Shown one piece after another: positions 1-9,092 of a DNA stretch of 64,000 nt (position 1 is its first letter; the number at the start of each line of letters is the position of its first letter). Made by a program: the position numbers and the translations under genes. This stretch comes from Treponema sp. Lineage in GTDB: Bacteria > Spirochaetota > Spirochaetia > Treponematales > Breznakiellaceae. A model generated the notes under the pieces. The model was not told the origin of the DNA. It did no database searches and saw only the letters and a program-made list of their open reading frames with translations. The stretch is taken from assembly GCA_009784975.1 (NCBI GenBank), contig WQXG01000004.1:19761-83760 (forward strand). The letters run 5' to 3'.

Positions 1-1245
1 GTCTCCAAGCGAAACTGCTGTTGTGGAGGGAATAAAATCAAAGGTCATAAAACCGAATTTGCTGTGCCCCGTACGGAGATCGCCGCCAAAATAAATATTT
101 CTAAAATTATCACGCAGCGAAAGTGTCGCAAAATCCGGCGCGATAAGACCTTCGTCGTAAAAAGTTTTTAGCAGAGGCAGGATATTATCCAGCATATTGT
201 CCTGCGCATAGGAAAACTGCAAAACTCCGTCCTTGTCCAGATAGAATTTTGATTCATAAGAATCGGATCCAAAAACACGCTGCCCGTTAAAATAATTGGC
301 AAGCCGCAGAAGGTCTTCTCTGTAGGAAGTTTGGCGGAAAAAATAGGGAACTATATCCGCATTTGGAACAACAGTTCCTGTAACAAGCCTGGACAATGTG
401 TTGGGCGCAAGGCGGATTACACGCCAAAGGGCAGCAAGTTCGTCAATATCAAACTGCGCTTTGCTTCCAAGAAAAAGCTGCGATGGTTTTTCCAAAGACG
501 GATATGTTTCCTTTATATAATTGATCAATGTATCCCTTGCCGCATTAAAACTTAAAACACCGTCAACAGCCGCTTCATTCTGCATAACAATAACATTGCG
601 GGAATGTCTTGCATTTTCGCCGTGCCAGTAGCCAGGATACGAAACTTTAAGTGCTGCCGTTTCCCTTTGCGGGGTTAAATCCAAAAGCGCGCTTACCCAG
701 GACTGTCGGCACATAAACGCGCGGGCAAAATATCCAATTTCCGCAATGTAGGGTACAAAATAAATTCCGCCGTCATAAGCTGTAATTGCTTCCCTTATGC
801 TTCCGTTATTTTCAAGATATGTTTTAAAATTGGGCATATATCCGTTATCTATAAATTGCCCCAGTTCCAGAAAATATCCTTGAGTACCGTAGGTCATAAG
901 GTCTTCTGCCGTTGAATTTCCGCCGTAAATATTTGCGTCTTTAAAACCTGTAGCGGATTGTGTCTGAATAATCTCATTGGATCTTGACTGTGTTGTAACA
1001 TCTTCCAGTTCTATCCCCAGCTTTCTTTCTACCCATTGCCAAAACGGTTTTAGGTCTCCTGTTTTAATGATGCTGCCGTCCGGCATTGTCAGCGGAGAGG
1101 AATGGTTATATTTAAAAAACCTGTTCTCCGCAACATAATTAATTTTAATGGGCCCAAAAGTATCCGCACCATCAAAACCCGTCTGCCTGGCACATGATGA
1201 CATTAAAATCAACAACCCCAAAACAACCAAAAATTTCTTTTTCAT
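1..1245 (-). CDS. ABC-transporter extracellular solute-binding lipoprotein (large LplA/YtcQ-like sugar-binding type); C-terminal end runs off the window
   Basis: The minus-strand frame is open from the ATG at 1245 to the window edge. It is absent from the ORF track because there is no stop in the window. My translation starts MKKKFLVVLGLLILMSSCARQTG (signal peptide plus lipobox Cys) and continues ...YGGNSTAEDLMTYGTQGYFLELGQFI... It lies directly upstream of two ABC permease genes. Confidence 0.75.
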   Translation of the reverse strand, partial: MKKKFLVVLGLLILMSSCARQTGFDGADTFGPIKINYVAENRFFKYNHSSPLTMPDGSIIKTGDLKPFWQWVERKLGIELEDVTTQSRSNEIIQTQSATGFKDANIYGGNSTAEDLMTYGTQGYFLELGQFIDNGYMPNFKTYLENNGSIREAITAYDGGIYFVPYIAEIGYFARAFMCRQSWVSALLDLTPQRETAALKVSYPGYWHGENARHSRNVIVMQNEAAVDGVLSFNAARDTLINYIKETYPSLEKPSQLFLGSKAQFDIDELAALWRVIRLAPNTLSRLVTGTVVPNADIVPYFFRQTSYREDLLRLANYFNGQRVFGSDSYESKFYLDKDGVLQFSYAQDNMLDNILPLLKTFYDEGLIAPDFATLSLRDNFRNIYFGGDLRTGHSKFGFMTFDFIPSTTAVSLGD

Positions 1246-1308
1246 AAAATCCATTCTCCTCTTTGTTCATTATCCATTATTCTTTGCTCTTTGTTCATTG
1301 TTCTTTGC

Positions 1309-2175
1309 TTACCCCTTCACTCCTCCCAAATTTGTTCCTCTTGCGAAATATTTTTGAATAAAAGGATATATTATCAATACGGGAATGATCGAGCATACCA
1401 GTATCGCAAACATATACGAATCTGCGGCAAAGGGCAGTTCCAAAGGCGAATTGTCTGCGAATTGGGCATAATATTCGATTAACCGGCGCATTGTTACCTG
1501 CAAAGGAGCGTCCGCTTCTTCGCGCAAAAGCAGGTTTGCCCAAAAATATCCGTTCCAGCGGTTGGTTGCATAAAAAAGTGAAACTGTAATAATAGCCGCC
1601 GTTGACATTGGAATATAAATTTTACTGAATAGCTGAAAATCATTCGCCCCGTCTATTGTCGCAGCCTCGTCAATTTCCGCAGGGATTGTTTCAAAATAAC
1701 TGCGAAGAAGTATTATATTAAATGCCTGCACTCCGAACGCAAATACAAAACCCCAGCGGTTGTTAACGCCCATATGATAGTAGTTTAAATATGTAGGAAT
1801 CATGCCCGCACTGAACCACATTGTAAAAACTATAAACAGATTAAACTGGCGGCGGAACAGCAGTTTTTTTCTGGAAAGCGCATAGGCTCCGCATGCGGAA
1901 ATTAACATACTCCATGCCGTTCCAAAAACGGTATAAAATAAAGTGTTAACGTAGGAAAGCCAGAAAGTTTTATTGTTTAAAAGGAATTTGTATACTTCAA
2001 AATTAACATCGCGGGGGAACAGGACTACTTCGCCGAATTCATATGCCATTTTTCCGCTGACAGACGCAGAAAAAGCATAAACTACAGGATACAGCGCCAG
2101 CAGGGAAAAAACACCCGTTAAAAAATAGGCAAAAAATTTAAATGTTATTTCGCTTGCGCCAAGGCGTTTTATCAT
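1309..2175 (-). CDS. carbohydrate ABC transporter permease (MalG/LplC-like)
   Basis: ORF 1309..2229. The internal start MIKRLGASEITF at 2175 avoids overlap with the upstream gene, which ends at 2180. Multi-TM protein with an EAA-loop-type motif, IDEAATIDGANDFQLFSKIYIPM. Confidence 0.85.
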   Translation of the reverse strand: MIKRLGASEITFKFFAYFLTGVFSLLALYPVVYAFSASVSGKMAYEFGEVVLFPRDVNFEVYKFLLNNKTFWLSYVNTLFYTVFGTAWSMLISACGAYALSRKKLLFRRQFNLFIVFTMWFSAGMIPTYLNYYHMGVNNRWGFVFAFGVQAFNIILLRSYFETIPAEIDEAATIDGANDFQLFSKIYIPMSTAAIITVSLFYATNRWNGYFWANLLLREEADAPLQVTMRRLIEYYAQFADNSPLELPFAADSYMFAILVCSIIPVLIIYPFIQKYFARGTNLGGVKG

Positions 2176-2179
2176 ATAA

Positions 2180-3169
2180 TCACCACAATGAGGTCGATGT
2201 GACCCGGCGGCTGATATAATTCGCGCCAATTACAAGAAAAAATCCTATTACCGAATTGAACATATCGATAGCGGAACCCATGCCGGTATTGCTCTGCGTA
2301 CCTACAAACAAAGCCAGCCTGTATGCAAGAGTGCTTAATACGTCTCCTGTTGCATACGTGGAATTATTGTAAAGAAGGATAACTCTTTCGTATCCTACGG
2401 AAAACATATTTCCAATGCGCATTATCAGCATGATTGTCAGGGTTATGGAAATACCCGGCAATGTCACATAACGAAGTTCCTGTATTTTGTTGCCGCCGTC
2501 TACGCGCAAAGCCTCGTACAGTGTAGGAGACACTCCCATTATTGCGGCAAAAAATACAATTGAACTGTAGCCCGCCTCTTTCCAGATGCCCGTTATGCAA
2601 AACAGCGGCCTGAAATACCTCGCCGTTTCCAGTATTTTTCCGTCCGGCGTAAAGCCAAGGTCAAGCATGGCGCGCGCCAACACTCCCGTAGAAATGGAAG
2701 ATTCCTTTAAAAGCATAAGCGCAAGTCCTGTAATTGTTACCTCTGACAAAAAATAGGGCAGATATGTAATTGTCTGCGTAAGTTTGCGGTAAGGTTCATG
2801 GATAATTTCGCTAAAAAGGATTGCAAGAATAATTGGAACGGGAAATGCAAAGATAAGTCCGTAAAGGCTTATCATAAATGTATTTCTAAAAGCGCCCCAG
2901 AATTCCCGTTTGAATGTATCGTTAAACATAAGCTGAGTAAAATTAAAAAAGCCGGCAAAATCGCTGCCAAGAATTCCTTCGTCCGGTTTATAATCCTTAA
3001 AAGCAACCAGAAGACCGCCCATGGGTTTATACACAAACAAAAGATACCAGATTAGCATTGGAATAAGCAGGCAGTATAAACGCCAATCGCGAATAAAAAC
3101 AGAAAGATACTTTTGCCCCGATTCCAGAAAAGCATCATTGTTTTTTAAAAGCGGCTTGTTTAGCGTCAT
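2180..3169 (-). CDS. carbohydrate ABC transporter permease (MalF/LplB-like)
   Basis: ORF 2180..3223. The likely start MTLNKPLLKNN at 3169 lies just after the stop of the GH88 gene at 3180. TM-rich protein with an EAA-type motif, YEALRVDGGNKIQELRYVTLPGI. Confidence 0.85.
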   Translation of the reverse strand: MTLNKPLLKNNDAFLESGQKYLSVFIRDWRLYCLLIPMLIWYLLFVYKPMGGLLVAFKDYKPDEGILGSDFAGFFNFTQLMFNDTFKREFWGAFRNTFMISLYGLIFAFPVPIILAILFSEIIHEPYRKLTQTITYLPYFLSEVTITGLALMLLKESSISTGVLARAMLDLGFTPDGKILETARYFRPLFCITGIWKEAGYSSIVFFAAIMGVSPTLYEALRVDGGNKIQELRYVTLPGISITLTIMLIMRIGNMFSVGYERVILLYNNSTYATGDVLSTLAYRLALFVGTQSNTGMGSAIDMFNSVIGFFLVIGANYISRRVTSTSLW

Positions 3170-3179
3170 ATTTTTCCCA

Positions 3180-4301
3180 TTACCAAATATTAATTTCCAG
3201 ACCCCAAGGGTGGTCACACCCAAGTCTGTTTACGGCTTCCATAAAAAAATAATCGCCGTAAATAAGAGGAACATGCCTTTCTTCCGGTTTACCGTGATAC
3301 TGCGCGGTTGCCATATTTACAATTCCGTCCGCTGCCGGATCCCAGATACAGTGGGATGCTTCTATTGCTTTTAAAATACTAACCGCATTTTTTAAGAACT
3401 CATCGTTTTTTGTTAACTGCCAAAGAACCTGCAGCCCGCAGGCGGCAATTGATCCTGCGGAAGTATCAATTATATCACCGGGCATTTTAAAATCCGCAGG
3501 CGGAATAAACCCGAAACGGGATACTTCTTTGCAAAAATATTCCGCGATACGCTCTGCCGCTTCAAGAAAACGCTTTTCGCCAGAATGACGGAATGAAAGC
3601 GCAAAACCGTACAATGCCCACGCCTGCCCTCTTGTCCATGAAGAGCCGGCTGCGTACCCCTGACCTGCCGGAGTTTCAACTAACGCTCCGTTTAAAGGAT
3701 CAAGGATTGCTATGTGATTGCAGGATCCGTCTTCTCTTACGAGATTTTTAAGGGAGGTATCGGCATGATCAGACGCGATAAACGCAAAGCGCGGATCCTG
3801 GAGCTCTTTGCCTGCCCAATAAAGGAGAGGGAGATTCATCATGCTGTCAACAATAATCCATCCTGTGCAATCACGGTTCCAGGCGCGGATAAATTTTCCG
3901 CGGGGATTGTAACGGCCTGCAAGAAGGGATGCGGCGTGAAGAGCGCGGGTGCGGGCTGTTTTATCGCCTGTAAGCCTAAAATCCAGCACCGAAGAAAGCA
4001 TCCACATAAAACCAACATCGTGGTGCAGACCTTCAAAGCCCGCGAGAGACGCATCAAGTCTTTCCTGTACAGCTCGGGCTGTCAGTAAATATTTTTCTTC
4101 TTTTGACGCATTGTACATGATCCAGAGCATTCCCGGCCAAAAACCGTTGGTCCACCAATATATATTTTCTTTCATTTTATCGGAATATTTTCCGTTTACA
4201 GCGGCATAAGGTACGGATGCTCCCAGCCTGTCACATTGCGCGGACATTTTCAGCGCTATTTTTTCCCAGACTGTTTCTGCCCATGTTGTTATGTTTTCCA
4301 T
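3180..4301 (-). CDS. glycoside hydrolase family 88 (unsaturated glucuronyl/galacturonyl hydrolase-like)
   Basis: 373 aa. Contains YWWTNGFWPGMLW, HDVGFM and WTRGQAWALYGF, which are characteristic of GH88 (alpha/alpha)6 hydrolases. Recognised from memory of the UGL family. Confidence 0.8.
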   Translation of the reverse strand: MENITTWAETVWEKIALKMSAQCDRLGASVPYAAVNGKYSDKMKENIYWWTNGFWPGMLWIMYNASKEEKYLLTARAVQERLDASLAGFEGLHHDVGFMWMLSSVLDFRLTGDKTARTRALHAASLLAGRYNPRGKFIRAWNRDCTGWIIVDSMMNLPLLYWAGKELQDPRFAFIASDHADTSLKNLVREDGSCNHIAILDPLNGALVETPAGQGYAAGSSWTRGQAWALYGFALSFRHSGEKRFLEAAERIAEYFCKEVSRFGFIPPADFKMPGDIIDTSAGSIAACGLQVLWQLTKNDEFLKNAVSILKAIEASHCIWDPAADGIVNMATAQYHGKPEERHVPLIYGDYFFMEAVNRLGCDHPWGLEINIW

Positions 4302-4367
4302 TTTTTTAGTATATCACATTTTATTGTAATATATGCTATAATGAATAATAAAAAATTAGGAGTTTTT

Positions 4368-6686
4368 ATGATAAAAGTTACAGATAATAGTTTTTTTCTG
4401 CAAACTGCCGATACGGAATATATTTTTCGTATTACAAAACACGGGCATTTAGAGCACATTTATTACGGAGCAAAGCTGGCAGGCGGTGATATTGAAGCGC
4501 TTGCCGTTAAACGTTCCGCGCAGGCAGGCTCGTCTGTGGTGTACTACGGAGATGATCCGCTGTACAGTCTTGATACCATGTGCCTTGAATGGTCGGGTAT
4601 CGGAAAGGGCGATTATCGTTTTTCTCCCGCAGAAATTAAAATGCCCAATGATGGTTTTATCTGCGACTTTGTTTACGAGAGCCACAGTGTAAAAGAAGAA
4701 AATATACCCATGAAAGAGCTGCCTTTTGCAAAAGGCGAATGTTCTTCACTTGAAATAAAACTTCGCGATAAAGCAAGCGATGTTTCATTAACATTGATCT
4801 ATTCGGTTTTTAAAAAAGCCAATTGCATAACACGGCGCATTGTTCTTGAAAGCGATGCTCCCCTCGTTATCCGCCGCCTTTTAAGCCTTTCACTTGATAT
4901 GCCTAACATGGGATACAATATGGTCACCTTTGACGGCGACTGGGCAAGGGAAGCGCACAGGCATGACCGCCTGCTGCAGCCGGGGCTCTTTGTCAACGAG
5001 AGCAGAACAGGAGCAAGCAGCAACAAGCATAATCCCGGTTTTTTACTCTGCGAAAACGGCACATCAGAAAGCAGCGGCAGGGTGTATGGTTTTAACCTTA
5101 TATATTCGGGGAATCATTTTAGTTTTGCGGAATTAAACAGCCATGAACTTGTCCGGGTTGGAATTGGAATCAGCCCGCATTGTTTTGAATGGACGCTGAA
5201 TAAAGGAGAAAGTTTTGAAACTCCGCAGGCTGTTATGACTTTCAGCAACAATGGTTTTAACGGTTTAAGCAAAAATTTTCATTCGTTTGTAAACGATCAT
5301 ATAATAAGCGGACAATGGCAGGGCAAAGAACGGCCTGTTCTTTATAATTCATGGGAACCGTTTTTTTTTAAATTTAATCAGGGAAAATTGATGAAGATGG
5401 CGCGGCTTTCCAAAAAGCTGGGCATGGAACTTTTTGTACTTGATGACGGCTGGTTCGAAGGACGCGATGATGACAAAGCGGGGCTCGGCGATTATGCGAT
5501 TAACCGACGGAAGTTTCCGTTCGGAGTTGGTTCGTTCGCAAAAAAAGTCCGCCGCCTGGGGCTGGAATTCGGCATCTGGTTTGAACCGGAAATGATAAAT
5601 GAAAATTCCAATCTCTACCGCGCCCATCCCGAATACGCCGTTAAACATCCTAAATGCGAATCTACCTACGGACGCAACCAGCTTGTTCTTGATTTATGCA
5701 ACCCTGCCGTGCGCGATTACATTGTCTCTTCTGTGGGCAAAGTGCTGGATGAAACAGGCGCAAGTTATGTGAAATGGGACATGAACCGGCACATCAGTGA
5801 ATTTTATTCTGCGTTTATCGCTTCTCAGGGAGAATTTTTTCATCGTTATATACTTGGGCTTTACGATATATTAAAACGTATTTTTAATCCAAGACCTCAT
5901 ATTCTCCTTGAGTCCTGCTCTTCCGGCGGAAACCGTTTTGATTTAGGCATGCTCTGTTTCTCACCGCAAATTTGGGCATCCGACAATACCGATCCCGCCG
6001 TAAGATTAAATATTCAGGGGGGATTGTCCTATCTGTATCCTCTTTCCGCGATGGGCGCTCATGTATCCGATGCTCCGCATCAGCAGACACTGCGTGATAC
6101 AAGCCTTTCTACCCGCTACAATGTCGCGTGCTTCGGATGCCTCGGCTATGAGCTGGATTTGCGTTTCCTTTCATTTGCGGAAAAACGAGAAATAAAAGAT
6201 CAGGTTGCTTTTTACAAAAAACATCGTAAAACGTTTCAATACGGTGTTTTTGAACGCTTAAACGTAGCTTCCAGCAGATTAAAAAATAAAAAAATCTGGC
6301 TGTGCCGCGCGGAAAAAGAAGCCGTTGCCGGTTTTTTTCAGACACAATCCGGCGTTGGAGAGGAACCGGATGTCCTGCGGGTCAGCGGGCTTGAGAACGA
6401 AGCGTTCTATCATGTAAAAACCCGTCCGCAAAGTTTGTATATAAAACGGTTTGGAGGTCTTGTAAAACACATTCTGCCTTTCACGCTCGATCCCAATGGT
6501 TTTATACTGCGGACAGTTAACCGCTTTTATACCATGACTGACTGCACAGAAGATTATCAATGCAGCGGCAGCGCTCTTGAGGCGGGCATTCTTTTGAACA
6601 ATCAATTTATGGGCAGCCATTATAACAATAAAACCAGACTGCTTGGCGATTACGGCTCAAGCTTATATACTATCAAAAGGAAATAA
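4368..6686 (+). CDS. alpha-galactosidase, GH36
   Basis: ORF 4236..6686. The best start is the ATG at 4368, preceded by TAGGAG. The N-terminus MIKVTDNSFFLQTADTEYIF is typical of the family. GH36 signatures are LVLDDGWF, YVKWDMNR and ESCSSGGNRFD. Confidence 0.9.
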   Translation: MIKVTDNSFFLQTADTEYIFRITKHGHLEHIYYGAKLAGGDIEALAVKRSAQAGSSVVYYGDDPLYSLDTMCLEWSGIGKGDYRFSPAEIKMPNDGFICDFVYESHSVKEENIPMKELPFAKGECSSLEIKLRDKASDVSLTLIYSVFKKANCITRRIVLESDAPLVIRRLLSLSLDMPNMGYNMVTFDGDWAREAHRHDRLLQPGLFVNESRTGASSNKHNPGFLLCENGTSESSGRVYGFNLIYSGNHFSFAELNSHELVRVGIGISPHCFEWTLNKGESFETPQAVMTFSNNGFNGLSKNFHSFVNDHIISGQWQGKERPVLYNSWEPFFFKFNQGKLMKMARLSKKLGMELFVLDDGWFEGRDDDKAGLGDYAINRRKFPFGVGSFAKKVRRLGLEFGIWFEPEMINENSNLYRAHPEYAVKHPKCESTYGRNQLVLDLCNPAVRDYIVSSVGKVLDETGASYVKWDMNRHISEFYSAFIASQGEFFHRYILGLYDILKRIFNPRPHILLESCSSGGNRFDLGMLCFSPQIWASDNTDPAVRLNIQGGLSYLYPLSAMGAHVSDAPHQQTLRDTSLSTRYNVACFGCLGYELDLRFLSFAEKREIKDQVAFYKKHRKTFQYGVFERLNVASSRLKNKKIWLCRAEKEAVAGFFQTQSGVGEEPDVLRVSGLENEAFYHVKTRPQSLYIKRFGGLVKHILPFTLDPNGFILRTVNRFYTMTDCTEDYQCSGSALEAGILLNNQFMGSHYNNKTRLLGDYGSSLYTIKRK

Positions 6687-6688
6687 TT

Positions 6689-8062
6689 ATGGAAAAAAAT
6701 TCTATACGCAACCGCGTAACATTCGGCGTTGGAACAATCGGCAGGGACATGGTTTATGCCATCGTCAGCATGTTTTTAATTGTCTATCTTACAGAAGTAA
6801 TGAAATTTCCCGACAGTACAATGGCATGGATTGTTGGAATCATTTTTATAGCCCGTATTTTTGACGCGCTGACAGATCCTTTAATGGGATTTATCGTTGA
6901 TAATACAAATACCCGCTGGGGAAAATTTAAACCGTGGATTTCCATAGGAGCTGTTCTTTCGCCTGTTTTTACAATACTCCTTTTCACCGACTTTAGCCTG
7001 CAGGGAAGCGGATTTATAATTGCCTTTGCCATCTTTTATTTTATGTGGGGCATCAGCTACACTCTCCATGATATTTCCTACTGGTCAATGCTTCCCGGTT
7101 TAACGGTAAATCAAAAGGAACGGGAAAAAATCGGCTCCCTTGCGCGTATCTGCGCCAACGTAGGTTTATTTTTTGTTGTTGTCGCAGTTCTGCCTCTTAC
7201 AGGAATCCTGGGAGAAAAATTCGGGTCGCCGCAAAAAGGTTATTTTATTTTTTCTATCCTTGTTTCTGTTTTTATGTCACTGGGGCTTTGTGTTACAATA
7301 TTCGGAGTAAAAGAAACAGGAATTGTTTCTGCAAAAAAACAAAGCACTCCTATAAAAGAGCTGCTTGGCATAATTGTAAAAAACGATCAATTGCTTTTTA
7401 TCGCAATTGCCATGTCGCTTTTTATGATAGGTTATATGACAACGACAACATTCGGCGTATATTTCTTTAAATACGCATACGGCGATGAAAACATGTTTCC
7501 GGTATTTTCTGCCATTCTTGGCGTATCGCAGCTGTCGGCTTTAACATTATTTCCTTTATTCAGCAAAAAATTCGAGAGAAAAACCCTTTTTACAGGAGCG
7601 ATAATTTCAATCTCTGCGGGCTACATACTTTTCTTTTATGCACCTGTAACAACAATGGTGTTCATTGGAATCGCGGGTGTTTTAATTTTCTTTGGACAGT
7701 CATTTATCCAATTGATGATGCTGATGTTCCTTGCAGACTCGGTAGATTACGGGCACTGGAAACTCGGCAAACGCAACGACAGCATTACTTTTTCGCTGCA
7801 GCCGCTTATTTATAAATTAGGCGGCGCTGTCGGCTCCGGGATTGTAGGAGCGGTTGCGATCATTTCCGGTATTAATCAGGCAGAAACAGCCGCCGAAGTT
7901 ACTCCTCAGGGTATTTTATTGATGAAAGCCGCAATGCTGATTTTCCCCCTGTTATGTTATGCGGGATGCTATCTTATCTACCGTACAAAGTTTAAAATCG
8001 ACAGCAAGTTTTACGCGCAGATACTTGCCGATTTACGCGAACGCGGAGAAATTAAAAGCTAA
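6689..8062 (+). CDS. glycoside-pentoside-hexuronide (GPH) family sugar:cation symporter (MelB/YicJ-like)
   Basis: 457 aa with about 12 TM segments. The N-terminal motif GVGTIGRDMVYAIVSMFLIVYLT...FDALTDPLMGFIVDNTNTRWGKFKPW is typical of GPH transporters. It starts 3 nt after the GH36 gene. Confidence 0.85.
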   Translation: MEKNSIRNRVTFGVGTIGRDMVYAIVSMFLIVYLTEVMKFPDSTMAWIVGIIFIARIFDALTDPLMGFIVDNTNTRWGKFKPWISIGAVLSPVFTILLFTDFSLQGSGFIIAFAIFYFMWGISYTLHDISYWSMLPGLTVNQKEREKIGSLARICANVGLFFVVVAVLPLTGILGEKFGSPQKGYFIFSILVSVFMSLGLCVTIFGVKETGIVSAKKQSTPIKELLGIIVKNDQLLFIAIAMSLFMIGYMTTTTFGVYFFKYAYGDENMFPVFSAILGVSQLSALTLFPLFSKKFERKTLFTGAIISISAGYILFFYAPVTTMVFIGIAGVLIFFGQSFIQLMMLMFLADSVDYGHWKLGKRNDSITFSLQPLIYKLGGAVGSGIVGAVAIISGINQAETAAEVTPQGILLMKAAMLIFPLLCYAGCYLIYRTKFKIDSKFYAQILADLRERGEIKS

Positions 8063-8913
8063 AAAAACGTATAGGATACGCCGGCGTAAGCTTTGAACAT
8101 TTTCCAGAAATCACCGGGAACGATCATTGTATCGCTTTTCAGCAAAAACGGTATTTCAGCGCCGGCTAATATACGGAATGACGGCGCTAACCTGATGTTT
8201 ATCCCAAAACCCGCAAAAAAAGACGTTAGGTCTTCTGATATATCCGTGATACGGGAGAGCATCTGATACCCTCCGTTAACGCTGAATATAACCGGGAAAT
8301 TTTTATGGTAGATTTCGGCGCTTGCCTCGCAGCGAAGCAGCCTTTCGCCGGAGTGTTCTGTTGTATAACTTTTTGTGTTAACAGAAAAAGTTGTTAATAC
8401 GTAGGGCAGCCAGAAGCCTATTTTAGCCCCGGAAGTCTCCCTAAAATTATTGCTTAATAAATCATATTTGGTACCCAATGTAGCGGATACGGAAATGGAA
8501 AAAAAGAAAATCCCCGGCATTGAAAATTCCATGCTGCCTAAAACCCCTATTTCAGGAACATCCGGTTTTTGCCAAAAATCATCGTTTACTCCGATAAACG
8601 GACCGAATTCCACTCTGAAAAAATCCGTTCTCGCCATAAACCTGAAATCCAGGCTATTCTGTAATATGTTATCCCTTTCCAGGCTGATTTTATATGACAT
8701 AGAGCCGGATATTTCATTTTTTAAGTTAAAACTTCCTATTATAAAAGGATACGGGGTAAATTCACTAAAATACAGCCCGCCCGGAGGTCCTGAGGGCTGA
8801 AAAGTCATTTGGTTAACGCCTGCCGTAAGCTCTAATTCCAGCGCTCCAAGCAGACAAAAACCGCTAAATACAAGCAAAATACCCAGACAAATATACCGAT
8901 TAAACCTTTTCAT
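8059..8913 (-). CDS. hypothetical exported protein, possible outer-membrane beta-barrel
   Basis: ORF 8059..8940. The likely start is MKRFNRYICLGILLVFSGFCLL (signal peptide). The sequence has alternating hydrophobic and polar beta-strand-like segments and ends ...AGVSYTFF, an aromatic C-terminus typical of OMPs. No family recognised. Confidence 0.5.
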   Translation of the reverse strand: MKRFNRYICLGILLVFSGFCLLGALELELTAGVNQMTFQPSGPPGGLYFSEFTPYPFIIGSFNLKNEISGSMSYKISLERDNILQNSLDFRFMARTDFFRVEFGPFIGVNDDFWQKPDVPEIGVLGSMEFSMPGIFFFSISVSATLGTKYDLLSNNFRETSGAKIGFWLPYVLTTFSVNTKSYTTEHSGERLLRCEASAEIYHKNFPVIFSVNGGYQMLSRITDISEDLTSFFAGFGINIRLAPSFRILAGAEIPFLLKSDTMIVPGDFWKMFKAYAGVSYTFF

Positions 8914-9092
8914 ACTATAAATATTAACACTTTTAAACAAAAAATGCTAATCTAAAAAACTGTCAAGTTATATGGAATTCTTGTATTATTTTCAAATCGT
9001 GTCTGAAATTTGGAATTATAGAGCAGATTACTTAAAATTTACTTAATTGGTATCTTGACTTTATGCCATTTATATTGGATATTGGTAATATG

